Source: the human T2T-CHM13v2.0 reference genome, Homo sapiens. From it: a DNA stretch of 64,000 nucleotides. Numbering within the stretch: position 1 is the stretch's first letter; each line of letters begins with the position of its first letter. The notes below the pieces were generated by a model that was not told the DNA's origin, ran no database searches, and saw only the letters and a program-made list of their open reading frames with translations. The stretch is from NCBI RefSeq assembly GCF_009914755.1, contig NC_060936.1. One strand, written 5' to 3'. The position numbers and the translations under genes were made by a program. This document shows, piece after piece, positions 21,580 to 36,732 of this stretch.

Positions 21580-21990
21580 TAAGGTTAATTGTTTTTATAA
21601 GCAAATTATTTTGCTTTTGTGACCCAAAGCAGTACTCTCAGATACTTAGTGTAGCAATTTATTACTCAGATATATAACTTTTTACAAAGAGAATCATAGC
21701 AGAAAAGAACAAGGTAACGTGTTGTAGGGCATATGTTCTGAAGGAGCACTTGACCTTATCTTCTGACATCATGTAAAGATTTTGGCATTTAGTGTCATCA
21801 TGTGCAACCATTGTTACTTTTTGCTACTGTATCATAATAATACTTAGTCGTATCAGTTTGATTAAATGCCTCCTTTGTATGGTTCCCAGCAGCATGGCTG
21901 TAGAAAGTATTCTCAAATTTATCAGGAGACCCAAGTTTTAATTCGGATTCCCTTTGTAAAAAGGCCTCCATTACTGGAGGCCAAATATAA

Positions 21991-22287
<297 letters not shown>

Positions 22288-22329
22288 AAATATATAAAGT
22301 TTAAAAATAGCTCGCTTGTGTTCATTGCC

Positions 22330-22520
22330 TACCACATACTGGGTATTGTGCTAGATATTTAATATGCCAGATAGCATATGCCTCATTAGCCTATGAAGTA
22401 GAGGCTTTTATTATTATTTCCACTTACATAGATGAGAAAATTGCAGCACAGATAAATTAATTTGTCTAGCGATGGAACCAAAATCTCAGTCAGGCAGTGT
22501 GACTTCAAAGCTTGTATTGA
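22330..22520 (-). mobile_element. MIR fragment
   Basis: cctatgaagtag...ttattatttccacttacatagatgagaaaattg. Confidence 0.65.
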
Positions 22521-22647
22521 TAGAAGTTCTCCAAGTGCTTTAAATATATTAACTCATTCAGACTCACCAAGCTGTGCATTTTTAGTTTATAGAGTTGATA
22601 TCAGTATTAAATAGGAATATGTATGTGTATGTATTTATATATGTATG

Positions 22648-23024
22648 CAGATGGTCCCTGACTTAACGATGGTTCATCTTAATGATTTTTTGACTTTATA
22701 ATTATTTTTTGACTTTATAATTTTTTGACTTTATATAAACCATATTTTGGGTGCCCACACGTCTATTCTGTTTTTCACTTTCAGTACACCAGTCAACAAA
22801 TTACATGAGCTATTCAACACTTTACTTTAAATAGGCTTTGTGTTAGGTGATTTTTGCCCAAATATAGGCTAATGTAAGTGTTTTGAGCATGTTTAAGGTA
22901 GGTGAGGCTAAGTAAGCTGTATTTGATAGGTTAGGCGTATTAAATGTATTTTTGACTTATGATATTTTTCAAACTATGATGGGTTTACTAGGACATAATC
23001 TCATCATCAGTTGAGGAGCATCTG
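22648..23024 (-). mobile_element. MER47A (TcMar-Tigger MITE)
   Basis: Termini cagatggtccctgactt...gttgaggagcatctg; internal ggctaatgtaagtgttttgagcatgtttaaggtagg. Confidence 0.88.
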
Positions 23025-23747
23025 TATATGTATGTGTTTAGATAGATATAATTAGATATCTATATATAATAGATTCTATGCTATGGGCATTGTAAGTTCT
23101 AAATTGCTTCAGTGGCATTATTGTACATTCTTACATAAGATTGAAGAATTTTGTGATTTTGATTAATTTATATCCTTCAAAGTGACCAGGAAGGTAGAGT
23201 TTGCATGCAGAAAATTTGCATGTATATTAATTCCATAAATAATGTTTGTAGTTAAATTTTCATTTTGTTTAAACATTTTTTACAAGATAGAGTTTACTCA
23301 GTGCTGTTATTTAGCAGCTGTGTGTATGACTTCATAATTTAGGGGGCTGTCTGTTTTGTGTTCTAAGCCACGTGGCTGCTGTGGTGACTGCTTTAGAAAC
23401 TTTCAGTTCCCTTTGCTGTGAAACAGGTTTCAGTGCATCGTCCCTGTGTATAAGGTCAGGTTTCTTACATGGACTCACTCTGTTTCTGTAAATTTGTCTG
23501 AGAATTTTCAAGGCAGTGCTTTCATGGCCTCTCCTCTAATTTTGTGTGTGTGTGTTTGTGTGTGTCTGTGTGTGATGATGAAAAAGTCAAAAGCCCTAAA
23601 ATTAAATCAGAGTTTAATCCATGTCCCTAAACTAGATAAGCTGCTTTAGACCTTTTCCTTATCCCTTACACGTCGCTCAGTAAATACTTGCTGATTGACT
23701 TTCAAATTCAGATTACTTTTACGCTAGCATACGGTGGGCACAAAGGG

Positions 23748-24048
23748 TTTTTTTGTTTATTTGTTTGTTTGAGACGGAGTCTCGCTCTGTCGCCAGGCTG
23801 GAGCGCAGTGGTGCAATCTCGGCTCACTGCAACCTCCTCTTCCTGGGTTCGAGCGATTCCTCGTGCCTTAGCCTCCCAAGTAGCTGGGACTACAGACAAG
23901 CGCCACCACGCCCAGCTGATTTTTGTATTTTTAGTAAAGACGGGGTTTCACCATGTTGGCCAGGATGCTCAAACCCCTGACCTCGCGATCCGCCCGCCTC
24001 GGCCTCCCAAAGCGCTGAGATTACAGGCGTGAGCCACCGCGCCTGGCC
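23748..24048 (-). mobile_element. AluSc-like SINE, unusually CpG-rich
   Basis: tgtcgccaggctgg (Sc-type 1-nt deletion); TSD tgggcaca; ~20 CpG. Confidence 0.93.
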
Positions 24049-24651
24049 TGGGCACAGAGTTAAAAAAAAAATACTGGTAACAGAAAACTTGTTGGCGTGT
24101 TTCAGTTTTCAGAGTCTTCTATAAGGTCTTATACCAGCCGAGAAGCAGCAGAACCATCTGTCCGTGTACCGAGGACGGATCTCAGCAGCTCTCTGTTCAG
24201 TGGCTCCTGCCTTTGTAGTGGATTCCCTTGCTGTGCTGTAATTAAGTCAGCCGGCAGGAGTTCCTGTTTTGAGGGGGCCTCTCCCGGCTGGAGAAGTACC
24301 ACTGCCTTTGTGTTACCTGCCATGTTATTGTGGAGTGGATAATTTTTTTTTCCTGCATGGGTCTTGGTTTAACAGCAGGATCCTCTGGGCTTCTTCCAAG
24401 AAGCACCACATTTCCCTGAAAATAAATGGCAGATGAATTATTTCTTGAGATTATGAAAATCTGTTAGATGAAAGCTTGCCTTTTTCTCATGTTCAAAACA
24501 ATGCTAAATGCTTATAATTATACTCCCAATGAATTACTTCTTTCACTGGCTTCCTTTGCTCTGGCAAAGGTGGATTTTTTTTCCATGGCAGAGAAATTTT
24601 ATAAAAAATGTAATATTTTAGAAAATGCCTAAATGTCAAGAATACAACATC

Positions 24652-24800
24652 TTGTTTGTTGTTGTTGTTGTTGTTTTGTTTGTTTTTTGATACGGAGTCT
24701 CGCTCTGTCGCCCAGGCTGGAGTGCAGTGGCGCAATCTCAGCTCAATGCAACCCCGCCTCCCGGGTTCAAGCAATTCGCTGCCTCAGCCTCCCGAGTAGC
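24652..24800 (-). mobile_element. Alu right-arm fragment
   Basis: Antisense Alu ending at cccgagtagc. Confidence 0.9.
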
Positions 24801-25639
24801 CTCCATTGAAGGAAGTGCCATAGTGTGGGAGGATCTTTTTATTTTCTACGCGCACCGTATTTGATTCTGTGTTTACAGGAACTGTGTCTGTAGACAAAAA
24901 GCAAAATGTTGGGGTTTAGTTTCTTCAGGTGAATAAAATGTTACTTGCATCTCCTCATTGTCACAGTGTTCGTATTACATACTTCGTGTGTGTAGTTTTG
25001 GCATTTAAGGAAACAGAGCTAAAAAAAAAACAAAGGACAATAACTGCATCAACAACATGTTATACACCAGAGGAAATGCGGCGACTTAGGTTCTGTGATG
25101 GGAAACCCGGATTTTTTTGTTGTACTTGAAATCTTCCGTAGAACGTACGTGTTTGCATGACCCAGAAAGGAAAACACATTGGAGGACTTTGTACTAGTTC
25201 CATTCTAATTCTGTAAAATTCTCACAAATTCAGGCATCTGTTAACCCTTCGAGGGCATATAAGTTCAGAGCCATGTTTTCTGTTTTGTGTCTTTCCCTTT
25301 GGCGGAGTGGTTACCTTTTCTGAGCCCTTGGCTTGCTTTCTGTGAACATAAGGCGCTCCATCTGCCGCTTTAAAGTGAAGATTTATAATTCAAACAAGAC
25401 AGCGTTTCGATGTTGCACTCCTGTCTTATTAGATATCAACTTAAAGTTAAGAAAATGGAATTATTCAAGGCCTTGTTATCTAGTTTATAGCTTATTCAGA
25501 ATTTATATTTCTGATTTTTTTTTGTCCTGATGACTGCCTGTGACTAATTTGTGTTTTTGTTATTAAGCTAAGATTGTATGAAAAATATGGCAAAAACAAA
25601 ATTCTATATTTCTAATGCCCCATGAGAAATCTGATTTAG

Positions 25640-25975
<336 letters not shown>

Positions 25976-26312
25976 TGAATAGCACTTACCACAGATTCCC
26001 GAAGCCAGTGGTTTTCTAGCCTTTTTATTCGCCGTTCGTTGTAAGCTTCTTGAGTCTTGGTGATTCTTGTTTCATTTGTTTTTGTTTCTCCCCAGAGCCT
26101 AGCACATAGTAGGTGACGAACAAATGTTCATCGAATGTATGGGCTCAACCATAGTCTATTTTTTTCAAAAAGGTATAAATCTTATCAATGTTTTACATTT
26201 TGCTGAACAAAACAGGAGAGAGCGGATTCTTTTCAAATAGGAAAAATTAGGGAGGGAAAAGAGGGATTGACTGAAACTCTATTGAAGTATGTCAACATAA
26301 AAGTTTATTGAC

Positions 26313-26681
<369 letters not shown>

Positions 26682-27284
26682 AGATAAAAATAGCAGTCAA
26701 CTAATTTTTCAAATTAAAAATGCTTTATTGTTATTTATAGCATGATTGTTTTTCTATAAAAAAGGCATATTACAACAGCCTTCGCTTCACATCTGACTCT
26801 TGCAGCATTCTTATAAAGAGATCTCACACCATATTTGAGGGCTTCATTAGTTTTCTAAGCCTTAAAAAAATTTCATCATTAAGATTATTCTCTCATGAAG
26901 CACCCAAAATATAGACAGCTTTTCTTATTTTCTTTTCTTCAATTGTTGACAGTCTAATGCTGCCAGATCTTTATCTGTCAGGGACTTTTGATGTTGTTGG
27001 AGCCATCTCTTGTGGACTTTATGAAACCTTGCATGCAGCACAATTTGAAACTTCATTGTGCATTCAATTTGCATTGCCTTTGCTGTGTTCACAGTGGCAC
27101 TCCATGAGGCTTAACTATGGAGATCCTGGTGCTACAAGCCGTTAAATAGTTCTCTCTTCTCAACCTATTCCCCTATCCTGCTTTTCTTTTCTTCATAGCA
27201 CTTATTACCTCCTGATTATATTTTTTGTTTGCCTTTTGTCTATCACCTGTCATTCTTTTACCAGACCATCTAGTCTCATATGTC

Positions 27285-28365
27285 TATATAACCTTTCTGA
27301 AAAACATCCTGTGGGAAATATACCATATATACAGAAAAAGTGCACAAACATGAATATACAGTTTAACAAATAATATAAACCTGCTATTCATGTAGCCACC
27401 ACCCAGATGAAGGAAATAGAATATCATAAGCACCGCACAATCTCCATTTGTGCCCTTCTCCATCGTAGCTTTCTCTGTCCCAGACAACCATTGTCCACAA
27501 CTTGTTGTAATAATTTACTTAATTTTCTTTTATAGTTTTATCACACATAATTTAGTTTTTGTCTGCTTTTTGAACTTTACATGAATGGAATAATATTGCA
27601 TATATTATTTAATGCTTTTTCTTTCATTTAACATTTTTTTGTGTGTGTGTGTGAGATTCTCCAGGTTGTTGTACACAGTGCTAGTTATTTCATTTTGTTA
27701 TGGTATAGTATCCCATTGTATGATTGTACCACAGTTTATCCATTTTTTAGTTGATGGGTTTTGACTTGCTTTCATTGTTTGGGCTATTATGAATAGTGCT
27801 GCTCTGCACCTGTTGTACATATAGCCTGGTGAACATGTTTGCGAATTTCTATGAGCGTGATCACGGTGGTGTAGAATTGCCAATCTTCAACCTGCCTGTA
27901 TTTTCCAAAGCGATCATACCAATTTATTTACCTTCCAGCAGTTTATGAGAATTCTCTATTCTCACCATCATTGGATATTGTCAGATTTTAACATTTGGCT
28001 CAACTGATGGGTGTATAATGGTATCCTATGGTACTTATAATTTGCATTATCCCTAGTTACTAATAAGCTTGAGCAATTTTTCATATTTTTATTTCGATTT
28101 CCTAATTTATGAAATGCCTGTTTAAGTCTTCAGCCATTTCAAATGTTACCTGTCTTTTCAAAATGATCTATAGGAGTTCTTTGTATAATATATATTCTGG
28201 CCCCTAGTCCTTTATTCTTTGTATGTGTTGCAAATATCTTCATCTCTGCAGTTTACTCTTTTTGTGGTGTCCTTTGATAAAATTCTCAATTTGGTGAATG
28301 TAATTGAATTTATTAATTTTTCTCTTTGTTATGTATTTTTGTGTCTTTAAGAAATTTTTCCCTAT
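27285..28365 (-). mobile_element. Old L1M (MC/ME-like) 3' end
   Basis: ORF 27698-27883 encodes ...AALFIIAQ...PSTKKWINCGTII, similar to the L1 ORF2p C-terminus; typical L1M 3'UTR. Confidence 0.85.
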
Positions 28366-30942
28366 GTAGGGAAGAAGGACAAAAATTGTCTTTCATAATT
28401 AGTTCTTTAACCCTTCATAACTTTGAGTATATAAATTATTGTGACCATCTTTGAATCTACAGTAGTTGAATTGCATATATAGAGGCTTGAGTTCTTAAAT
28501 TATTCTTTCCAGGGTGAATATTAGCATATCACAATAGGACAGTAGGGACAGTGGCTTTTTCGCTAATGAAATCTAAGATTTTTCCTTTTCTGCTCATGAA
28601 AAATGTTTCTGCTTAAATTGTAATGAGTGTACAAGAGGCATAAATCCACAGTGGGTACAAATGTCAAAGATTATGGTTTAAACCAGCAAAATATGTCTTC
28701 TTAGATATACGAAACATTTTGTCAAATAGCCCCTGGCATCATCTGGGCTAAATGAAGAATCACCAGGACATGTGATACAGTGAAACTATTCCACTTATAG
28801 TAACAGCACTTAGTAATTGCTTTCATTAATCCAGGCAGGTTAATATTCTATCTACTTGCATAACAATGTCAAAAAATCTATTATCTACTGAAACCTTTTA
28901 TATAGCAAGTTAAGCTCCTATTTCTTTCATAAAGATTGAGATTCAAATATTAATCCAAACTACTCAGAATCACTTTCTCTTCCTCACTTTTCTGATACCC
29001 CCACTGGAGAGTGACTGATCAGTGCATTATCTGTCACCTCAGAGCTCAGAGTGCCCCTCTTTTCTATTCAAATACAAAGCCATTCATTTACTTTGATGGA
29101 CAAATAGCCGTGGCATTAGTATGGGTAGGGGCAAGTGCTGTTGTCTCTTATCTAGGAAGGAGTTGGTTCTTTTCTGATGGTTGAATAATATACTTAGGTA
29201 TAGAAAGAGACCTGAGTGTCTTGAAAGCAACATTCTTTCATTTTTGTCAATGTTTTAATCAGCACCCCTGTGCATATATTATCTTTGCATATTTCAGCAC
29301 TTTGTATTAGACTTCTACATGTTGTGGTCTTTGCTTCTGATAAGGGACAGAATAAATAGGAAGAAAGAATAAAAAAGCCATAATGTTAAGTACATCCATT
29401 CCATGCCCATAGCCATACATCACAGAAGTCACAGGGAAGGCTCTGTGACACGAGATAATGATGTGGATGTGACAGAACATGGTAGAGGAAAAGGCCACAG
29501 ACAGGTGCAGAGTAGGAAGAATGAAAGAATTCATTGTGGCTGTCAAAATCCTATGTTTGTGTTCCCAAATCCTATTTCTTTTTTCTTTTGACTTGTGATG
29601 TATTGACTGTCAATTAGTTATCAGGTACTATGTTCAGCCCAGTTATTGCACAAGAGATCCTGAAAATCTTTAAGTAGCTCCTGGACTTGGAAGAGGGAAG
29701 GAAGGAGGAGACACTAAAATAATTACAATATGTTACTATTATACATGACAATATGCAGAATGCATTTGGAACATAGCCAATAACTTTACACAGAGATAGC
29801 AGTTTTTGAGCTGAATTTTAGAGGACCAAGTTGATAGAATTTGATGATCAGATGAGGGGTTAGGGAGAGGAAGTCTTTCAGTTTATTTTAAGGCTGGAGT
29901 GAATATTATTTTTGTAAATGCAGGATTTTAAGGAAAAGGACAAAATGCCAGAAGACAGCAGATTTCTATTTTCTGTATATTTGTACATCATGACAATACA
30001 TTTATAGATACACTAATTCTTGTACATAAATAATTCATATAATGTTTGTCTTTATCAGTCTGAATTGTCAGCTTTGGTCATAGGGAATTGGAACCAAGTG
30101 TTTACTGAGCATCTACTATATGTGAGGCACTATATTAGGTGCTGGGCATGCAGTGATGAGCAAAACAGGGATGGGTCCAGCTCTTATAGAACTTAGAGTT
30201 GAGTGGGAAAAACAGAATTAATCAAATTTCCATATTTATAATTAGAAATGACATATACATATGAACAAAGGCTCTCTCAGAACCCAATTATTCTTCCCTT
30301 TCACTCTTCTTCCTAATCATACTACCAGCGTTAAGTTGACAGTTATTTATCAGGCATATTTAGCAGCCAGCCTTACAGTTTTCTCTTGCACACTGTTAAC
30401 AATTACTGTCACATGGTCACTGTTACATGTTAGCCAATAGTGCCTCACATTCACTGTGGCTTCCAAAGCTTGGGCTTGGGGAAGCAGGTGGATGGTGATA
30501 TCATGAGCTCAGATAGAGATCATGGGAGAAGAGATTTGAGATGTTTTAAAAAAGTGTTTTGAGCAGATGAAGTTAAAGAGTTAAAGGGAACTATGGTCAA
30601 GTGGAGGTGCTGGTAGGCAGGTGGAAATATACTTCTGAATCTCAGGATGACTAATGAAAAGCAAGAAAATGAACAACAAGGGACTATTAATGTGTGTTAT
30701 GCTGTGCTTATGCATTTTGTCTGGTTTCAAATCATTGTATTTAAGTAGTTCTTAAAGTCACAGGAGTGAATGAGATTAAGTAGAGGAAGAAGGAAAAGAG
30801 GTACAGATGGAGACCTAGGGAGTGCCAGGCCTCAGAGCAGACAGAGGAAGGGCACGCAGTGACAGAGCCCACGAAGTGTGGCCAGAGAGCAGTGATGAGG
30901 AGGATTACAGAGTGGCTCATGGAAACCAGCGTGGAAGCTTTC

Positions 30943-31143
30943 TTATTTCTTCTTCTCCTTCTGCTTCTCTTTCTCCCTTCCTCCTTTCCTCCCTCCCTCC
31001 CTCCCTCCCTCCCTCCCTCCCTCCCTTCCTTCCTTCTCCTCCTCCTTCTCCTTCCTCTTCTTCTTCCTCCTCCTCCTCTTCTTCTTCTTTCTCTTCTTCT
31101 TCCTTCTTCCTCCTTCCTCCTCCTTCTTCTTCCTTTTTCTTTT
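30943..31143. repeat. ~200-bp polypyrimidine/polypurine tract (CTT/CCT/CCCT)n derived from an Alu tail
   Basis: Lies inside the TSD ggaagctttc (30933-30942 and 31421-31430). Confidence 0.92.
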
Positions 31144-31416
31144 TTGAGACAGTCTTGCTTTGTCACCCAGGCTGGAATGTAGTGGTATGATCATAGCTCA
31201 CTGCAGCCTCGACCTCCCCAGGCTTAGGTGATCCTCTCACCTTAGCCTCCCGAGGAGCTAAGACCATAGGTGTGAGCCACCATGCCCAGCTAATGTTTTA
31301 ATTTTTGTAGACATGGGACCTCCCTATGTTGCCCAGGCTAATCTTGAACTCAAGTGATCCTCCTGCCTCAGCTTCCCAAAGTGCTGGGATTACATATATG
31401 AGCCACTGTGCCCGGC
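31140..31416 (-). mobile_element. AluJ SINE
   Basis: Antisense J-type Alu. Confidence 0.92.
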
Positions 31417-32042
31417 TGTGGGAAGCTTTCAAGAACAAGAGAGACCAATGTTGCCAGACAGGCCAAGTAATATTAGGACTGGAAAGCAGCTAGATTGAGA
31501 GACTCACAGGAACAAGAACAGAGAATTCTGAATTCTAAAATCCACAACGCTCATTTCACTGAAAGGTCGTTCAGGTGGCGGTGGTGGATTTTTTTCCCTT
31601 AGCTGTCATTTTGGATATTTGATTAATTATCGACCATTATATTTCCTTCTTCTTGTTAGTTACGATTTACTAAGAAGAATTTTTATGCTATTTTAAAGTT
31701 AAATGATCTGTGATTGTAAAATCATTCATTATTTACCTCAACTGCTCACTTAATTTTTTAAAAACATCTTCAAGGCTCCTTCAGAGTTTTTATGTTGATA
31801 ATTTTAAAAAATCTTTTTCAAGTTTTCTAGAAACATGAATAAGTACACAATAATTTAGTTAATGTGGGCAGTAAATACACAGTTGTGATAGTGAAATGTC
31901 TTCTATGAACTAGAAAATAAGAAAATAGACACTTAAAGTTCAGAGTAGAGAAGGAAACTCAAAGAGACATAATGGTTCCAGGGCAGCCTAACTGTACAGT
32001 ACCCTTAAGAAAAGTATTCGTATCTATATCTCTACTGCAGTA

Positions 32043-32429
<387 letters not shown>

Positions 32430-32937
32430 TCATTTCTGACAGGCCTGTGTTGTGGAGACAGACACACTAGGTTTTCAGAGTCTGATGCAGTTACATTCGA
32501 ATTAGGCAAATCTCATACTGATTCTGATTCCATGTTCCCCGCAACAGGCACCCGGTAAACTGGCTTTCTGGAGAGTCTGCCTTTGAGCAGAGAATGTGAT
32601 TTTCCCACTGTCCTTCTCTGACCTCTCGGCAGTTATACAATTCTTATTGTAAAATAAAGCTCTATTCTGGTTTTGTGCATCAGTCTCCTGTGGGTTTAAT
32701 TCACATGCAAGAGCGTCCTCGAGCCTGAATGAGCCTGGAATGGAATACAGTTTCCCAGCCCATGAATCATGACCTGAATCATGTCAAATTCACCAAGTTA
32801 TGCTCCCTTTTAAGGTCACTTGGCAGACAGGCAGGTAGGAACTTTCCTGGTGAACCCTCCCTGTATGACCATGCAGCTTTCCACTGGGAACTTTTACAGG
32901 TTGCTGCTATTTTTATAAAAATGATAGACTGTAATGT

Positions 32938-33233
32938 TGCCGGGGACAGTGGCTCATGCCTGTAATCCCAGCAGTTTAGGAGGCTGAGGTGGGAGAAACA
33001 CTTGAGGTCAGGAGTTTCAGACCAGCCTAGGCAACATGGTGAAACCCTGTCTCTACTAAAAATACAAAAATTAGCTGGACATGGTGGTGCACACCTGTAT
33101 TCCCAGCTCCTCAGGAGGATAAGGCACGAGAATCACTTGAACCCGGGAGGTAGAGGTTACAGTGAGCCGAGATCACGTCACTGTACTCCACCCTGGGTGA
33201 CGAAGTGAGGCTCTGTCTCCAAAAAAAAAAAAA
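32938..33233 (+). mobile_element. AluS SINE
   Basis: Full Alu consensus. Confidence 0.93.
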
Positions 33234-33896
33234 GAGTTCTGTAATTGTAAAAATGTGACATAGGCATTCTCTAATGTGCAATGAATAGTCATTTTTAAGC
33301 ATTTCATACATTGTTCCTGTACTGCACTGGGTCTCCTTGTGCTGAACTGCATGGGATAGGCCATTTCCATACAATCTCATCCTCTGAATAAGGAACCATG
33401 ATGCTCCTAAAGACATACTAAATATAGATCTTGGGTAATATTGGAGTCAGTGCTGGTCATCAATGAAAAGATTTTCTCTGTGATGATAGAGGGGGTCCAC
33501 TATGAATGATAGCATTAATTTTGCTGTATGTTCTTGCATCATTGGTACATAATAATTCATAGACTTCATAAGTTATTAATATACAAGTTACAGAATTTAA
33601 TAATGTAACCCACCTTTGATATGTTTTCATATACATTATGGGGAAACCATATTTTTTTGAAGTCAAGAAATGTATATTGCTTCATGTTGCAAAATTTGTA
33701 TGCTTTGTCAAAGAAGCATTGCCAGAAAATGATCTGAAATGTAGAACAATAAAGTTACATTATAGATGTCTTAGGTGAACCAAGAGAAAAATTAGTGTCA
33801 GAGTTAAAAAGATGCAAGTCAGGAATTAAGGCAAAACATTGACCCTATCTGACTTAGGAGAATTCTGGTCATGTGATCTTAAGAAGAGAGAGTAAC

Positions 33897-34532
33897 TGAC
33901 AGTTCTGGAGACTGGGAAGTCCAAATCAAGGCATCAGCAGATTCAGTGTCTGGTGGGAGCTTGCTGTCTGCTTCACAGATGGTGCCTTCTTATGGCATCC
34001 TCACATGGTGAAAGGGAACAAACAGGCTCCCTCAAGCCTTTTTTGTAAGGGCACTAATCCCATTCATGAAGGCAGAGCACCTACTTGTAATACTATCGTA
34101 TTCATTCGTTCTCATGCTGCTAATAAAGACATACCCAAGACTGGGTAATTTATTTAATGGACTTGCAGTTCCAGGTGGCTGCGGAGGCCTCACAGTCATG
34201 GCAGAAGGTGAAGGAAGACCAAAGGCACGTCTTACATGGCAGCAGGCAAGAGGGTGTGTGCAGGAGAACTCCCCTTTATAAAACCATCAGATCTCATGAG
34301 ACTTACTCACTATCATGAGAATGGCATGGGAAAGACCTGTCCCCATGATTCAATTACCTTCCACTGGGTCCCTCCTACAACACATGGGAATTATGGGAGC
34401 TACAATTCAAGATGAGATTTGGGTGGGGACACAGCCAAACTGTATCAACTATCATACCTCTTAATACTATCACATTGGATTTTAGGTTCCAACATACAAA
34501 TTTTGGGGGGACATGAACATCTGGACAGTAGC
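33897..34532 (-). mobile_element. MLT1A-like LTR (33897-34096 and 34448-34532)
   Basis: cagttctggagactgggaagtccaaatcaagg...aagggcactaatcccattcatga; resumes ...ttttggggggacatgaacat...tagca. Confidence 0.85.
34097..34447 (-). mobile_element. THE1 solo LTR (MaLR)
   Basis: gctgctaataaagacatacccaagactggg...taaaaccatcagatctcatgaga...gggtggggacacagccaaac; 5-bp TSD actat at 34092-34096 and 34448-34452. Confidence 0.92.
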
Positions 34533-34834
34533 AATGCTAGTCCATTATTTTGGTCTGTCTGAAGGTTTTATCTAGGCAGGGAAAAGCGTATGTTTTTTCC
34601 TTGACCTTGAAAATTTAGCTTGGGCTTTCTTTGTACAAACATGAAGATCCTAGGAGAAGCCCAATCAATTTGAGAGAGACAAGTGGATGAAGATAGGGAT
34701 AAAAGAATTGTGCTTGACTGAGCAGAAAGACTGATGATCTGAAAGGACACCAGGTAAAATGTTTCTTTTTAGCTTTACAAATGCACTGCTTGTTAACATC
34801 TATGAATTCATGTACTTGCTTTTCCATGCTATAG

Positions 34835-34959
34835 ACGGGTAACTTCCAGGGCTGCTGTGTGGCACAAGTTTGGGGAGTAGGGATGGAAATGGTACCCTTA
34901 AAGTTATGCAGTGCAGACCTGCACAACCTGACACAGGGGCCTTGGGTCAGTCCATGTCG
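34835..34959 (+). other. Candidate 125-nt cassette exon overlapping a MER91-like remnant
   Basis: cttgcttttccatgctatag|A acceptor, TCG|GTGAGT donor; frame 0 open. Confidence 0.3.
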
Positions 34960-35976
34960 GTGAGTGTATGATACTCTGATATCTTAAAAAAAAATAACAT
35001 AAGAATCTGTAGGCTCTTGTTCAAAGATATTGCAGAGACAAGAACCCCTTCCACAGGTAAAGAAGGCACGTGAGACTCATGGCAAATTCATTGACTCTTC
35101 TGTCCGAGCATTTTCTTGTCATTTTCATTATAGCCCTTCCTTGTAATCTTAACATCAATGGTACCCTGCTTCTTAGCAATTTTGATAAATCTTTGTATTT
35201 CAGCAAATACTTGAAAAAAATGTAGGATCCACTGGCTTATATCTTCTGTGTAGGCATCAAAACAGATGGTGGTGGGGTTGTTGGGAAGATGGTAGCAGAC
35301 AGGGTTGCTTAAAAATATAAGACTTCCTTGATGTCCAAGAATACTGAGATTTATATGATTAGAAATTTCTATACAAAGCTGGAAACAGTGGAGCATGTTC
35401 CCATATAGAAGCACAGGTTCCCAGCTCCCCCAGAGGCCCTCATACAGAGCTGCAGCTGCCTGTGATGGAGCCTGCACAGATTCTTCCAGTAGACAGTCAC
35501 TTTCCTTCTTTCTTGGCAGTCTTGTGCCCTGACAGCCCTTCTGATGGCTCTGGAGCCTCTGGCTGCCTGCCTTCCTACTCACCAGGTGCAACTTGTTAAT
35601 TACTTGCATGCAATATGATCATTGGATTATGGTACAGCTTTGGCTAAATCACTTACATTTTTCATTCTTATTAATTTGGAGACATGCACGTGCCAACCCA
35701 AGTACAATAAATGGCACACTGTTTATTGCAAGCACTAAATAGATACATCGAAGGTTATGTTCTCAGGCATCCCTAGCTTATAAGTGTACATTATGTTGAT
35801 TTGATATTGGGTGATGACCAAACACAGTTGGTCAAATCCTCCCTCTGGGAGTTGGAGAGACATAGAAGGAAAGGAACAGAAATGCCAGTGGTGATAATAG
35901 GGACAGCAGAAGGAAGAGGAGCAGGGACTGAAAGCCACTGAGTCAGAGTACACTGAGGCATATGAGCAATACCTGA

Positions 35977-36441
<465 letters not shown>

Positions 36442-36461
36442 AGAGACTATTTTTTTTTAAC

Positions 36462-36732
36462 TTTTTTTTTTTTTTTTAACAGTCTTGCTCTGTCACATAG
36501 GCTGGTGTGCCATGGCATGATCATAGCTCACTTTAACCTTGAACTCCTGGGCTCAAGTGATCCTCCCGTCTTAGCCTCCCAAGTACCTAGGGCTACAGGT
36601 GCATGCCACCATGCTCAGCTAATTTTCTTGCCATGATGCTGAGGCTAGTCTTGAACTCCTGGCCTCAAGTGATCCTCCTGCCTCAGCTTCCCAAAGTGTT
36701 GGGATTACAGGCGTGAGCCAATGCACCTGGCT
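36462..36732 (-). mobile_element. AluJ SINE with internal deletion
   Basis: Antisense J-type Alu. Confidence 0.88.

Larger units (their letters stand above)
30095..31500 (-). mobile_element. L2 fragments (interrupted by AluJ)
   Basis: tttactgagcatctactatatgtgaggcac...gtgatgagcaaaacag; gtggtgtcatggaaacc-like 3' part. Confidence 0.65.

Noticed and set aside
26921-27145. Strong plus-strand acceptor followed by a 62-aa ORF
   Set aside because: No good downstream donor and no recognisable protein
30741-31194. Arg/Glu/Gly- and Ser/Pro-rich ORFs
   Set aside because: Read-through of the low-complexity Alu-tail tract
35088-35609. 173-aa minus-strand ORF, the longest outside Alus
   Set aside because: No recognisable domain or homologue; not supported as a CDS without BLASTP/PhyloCSF
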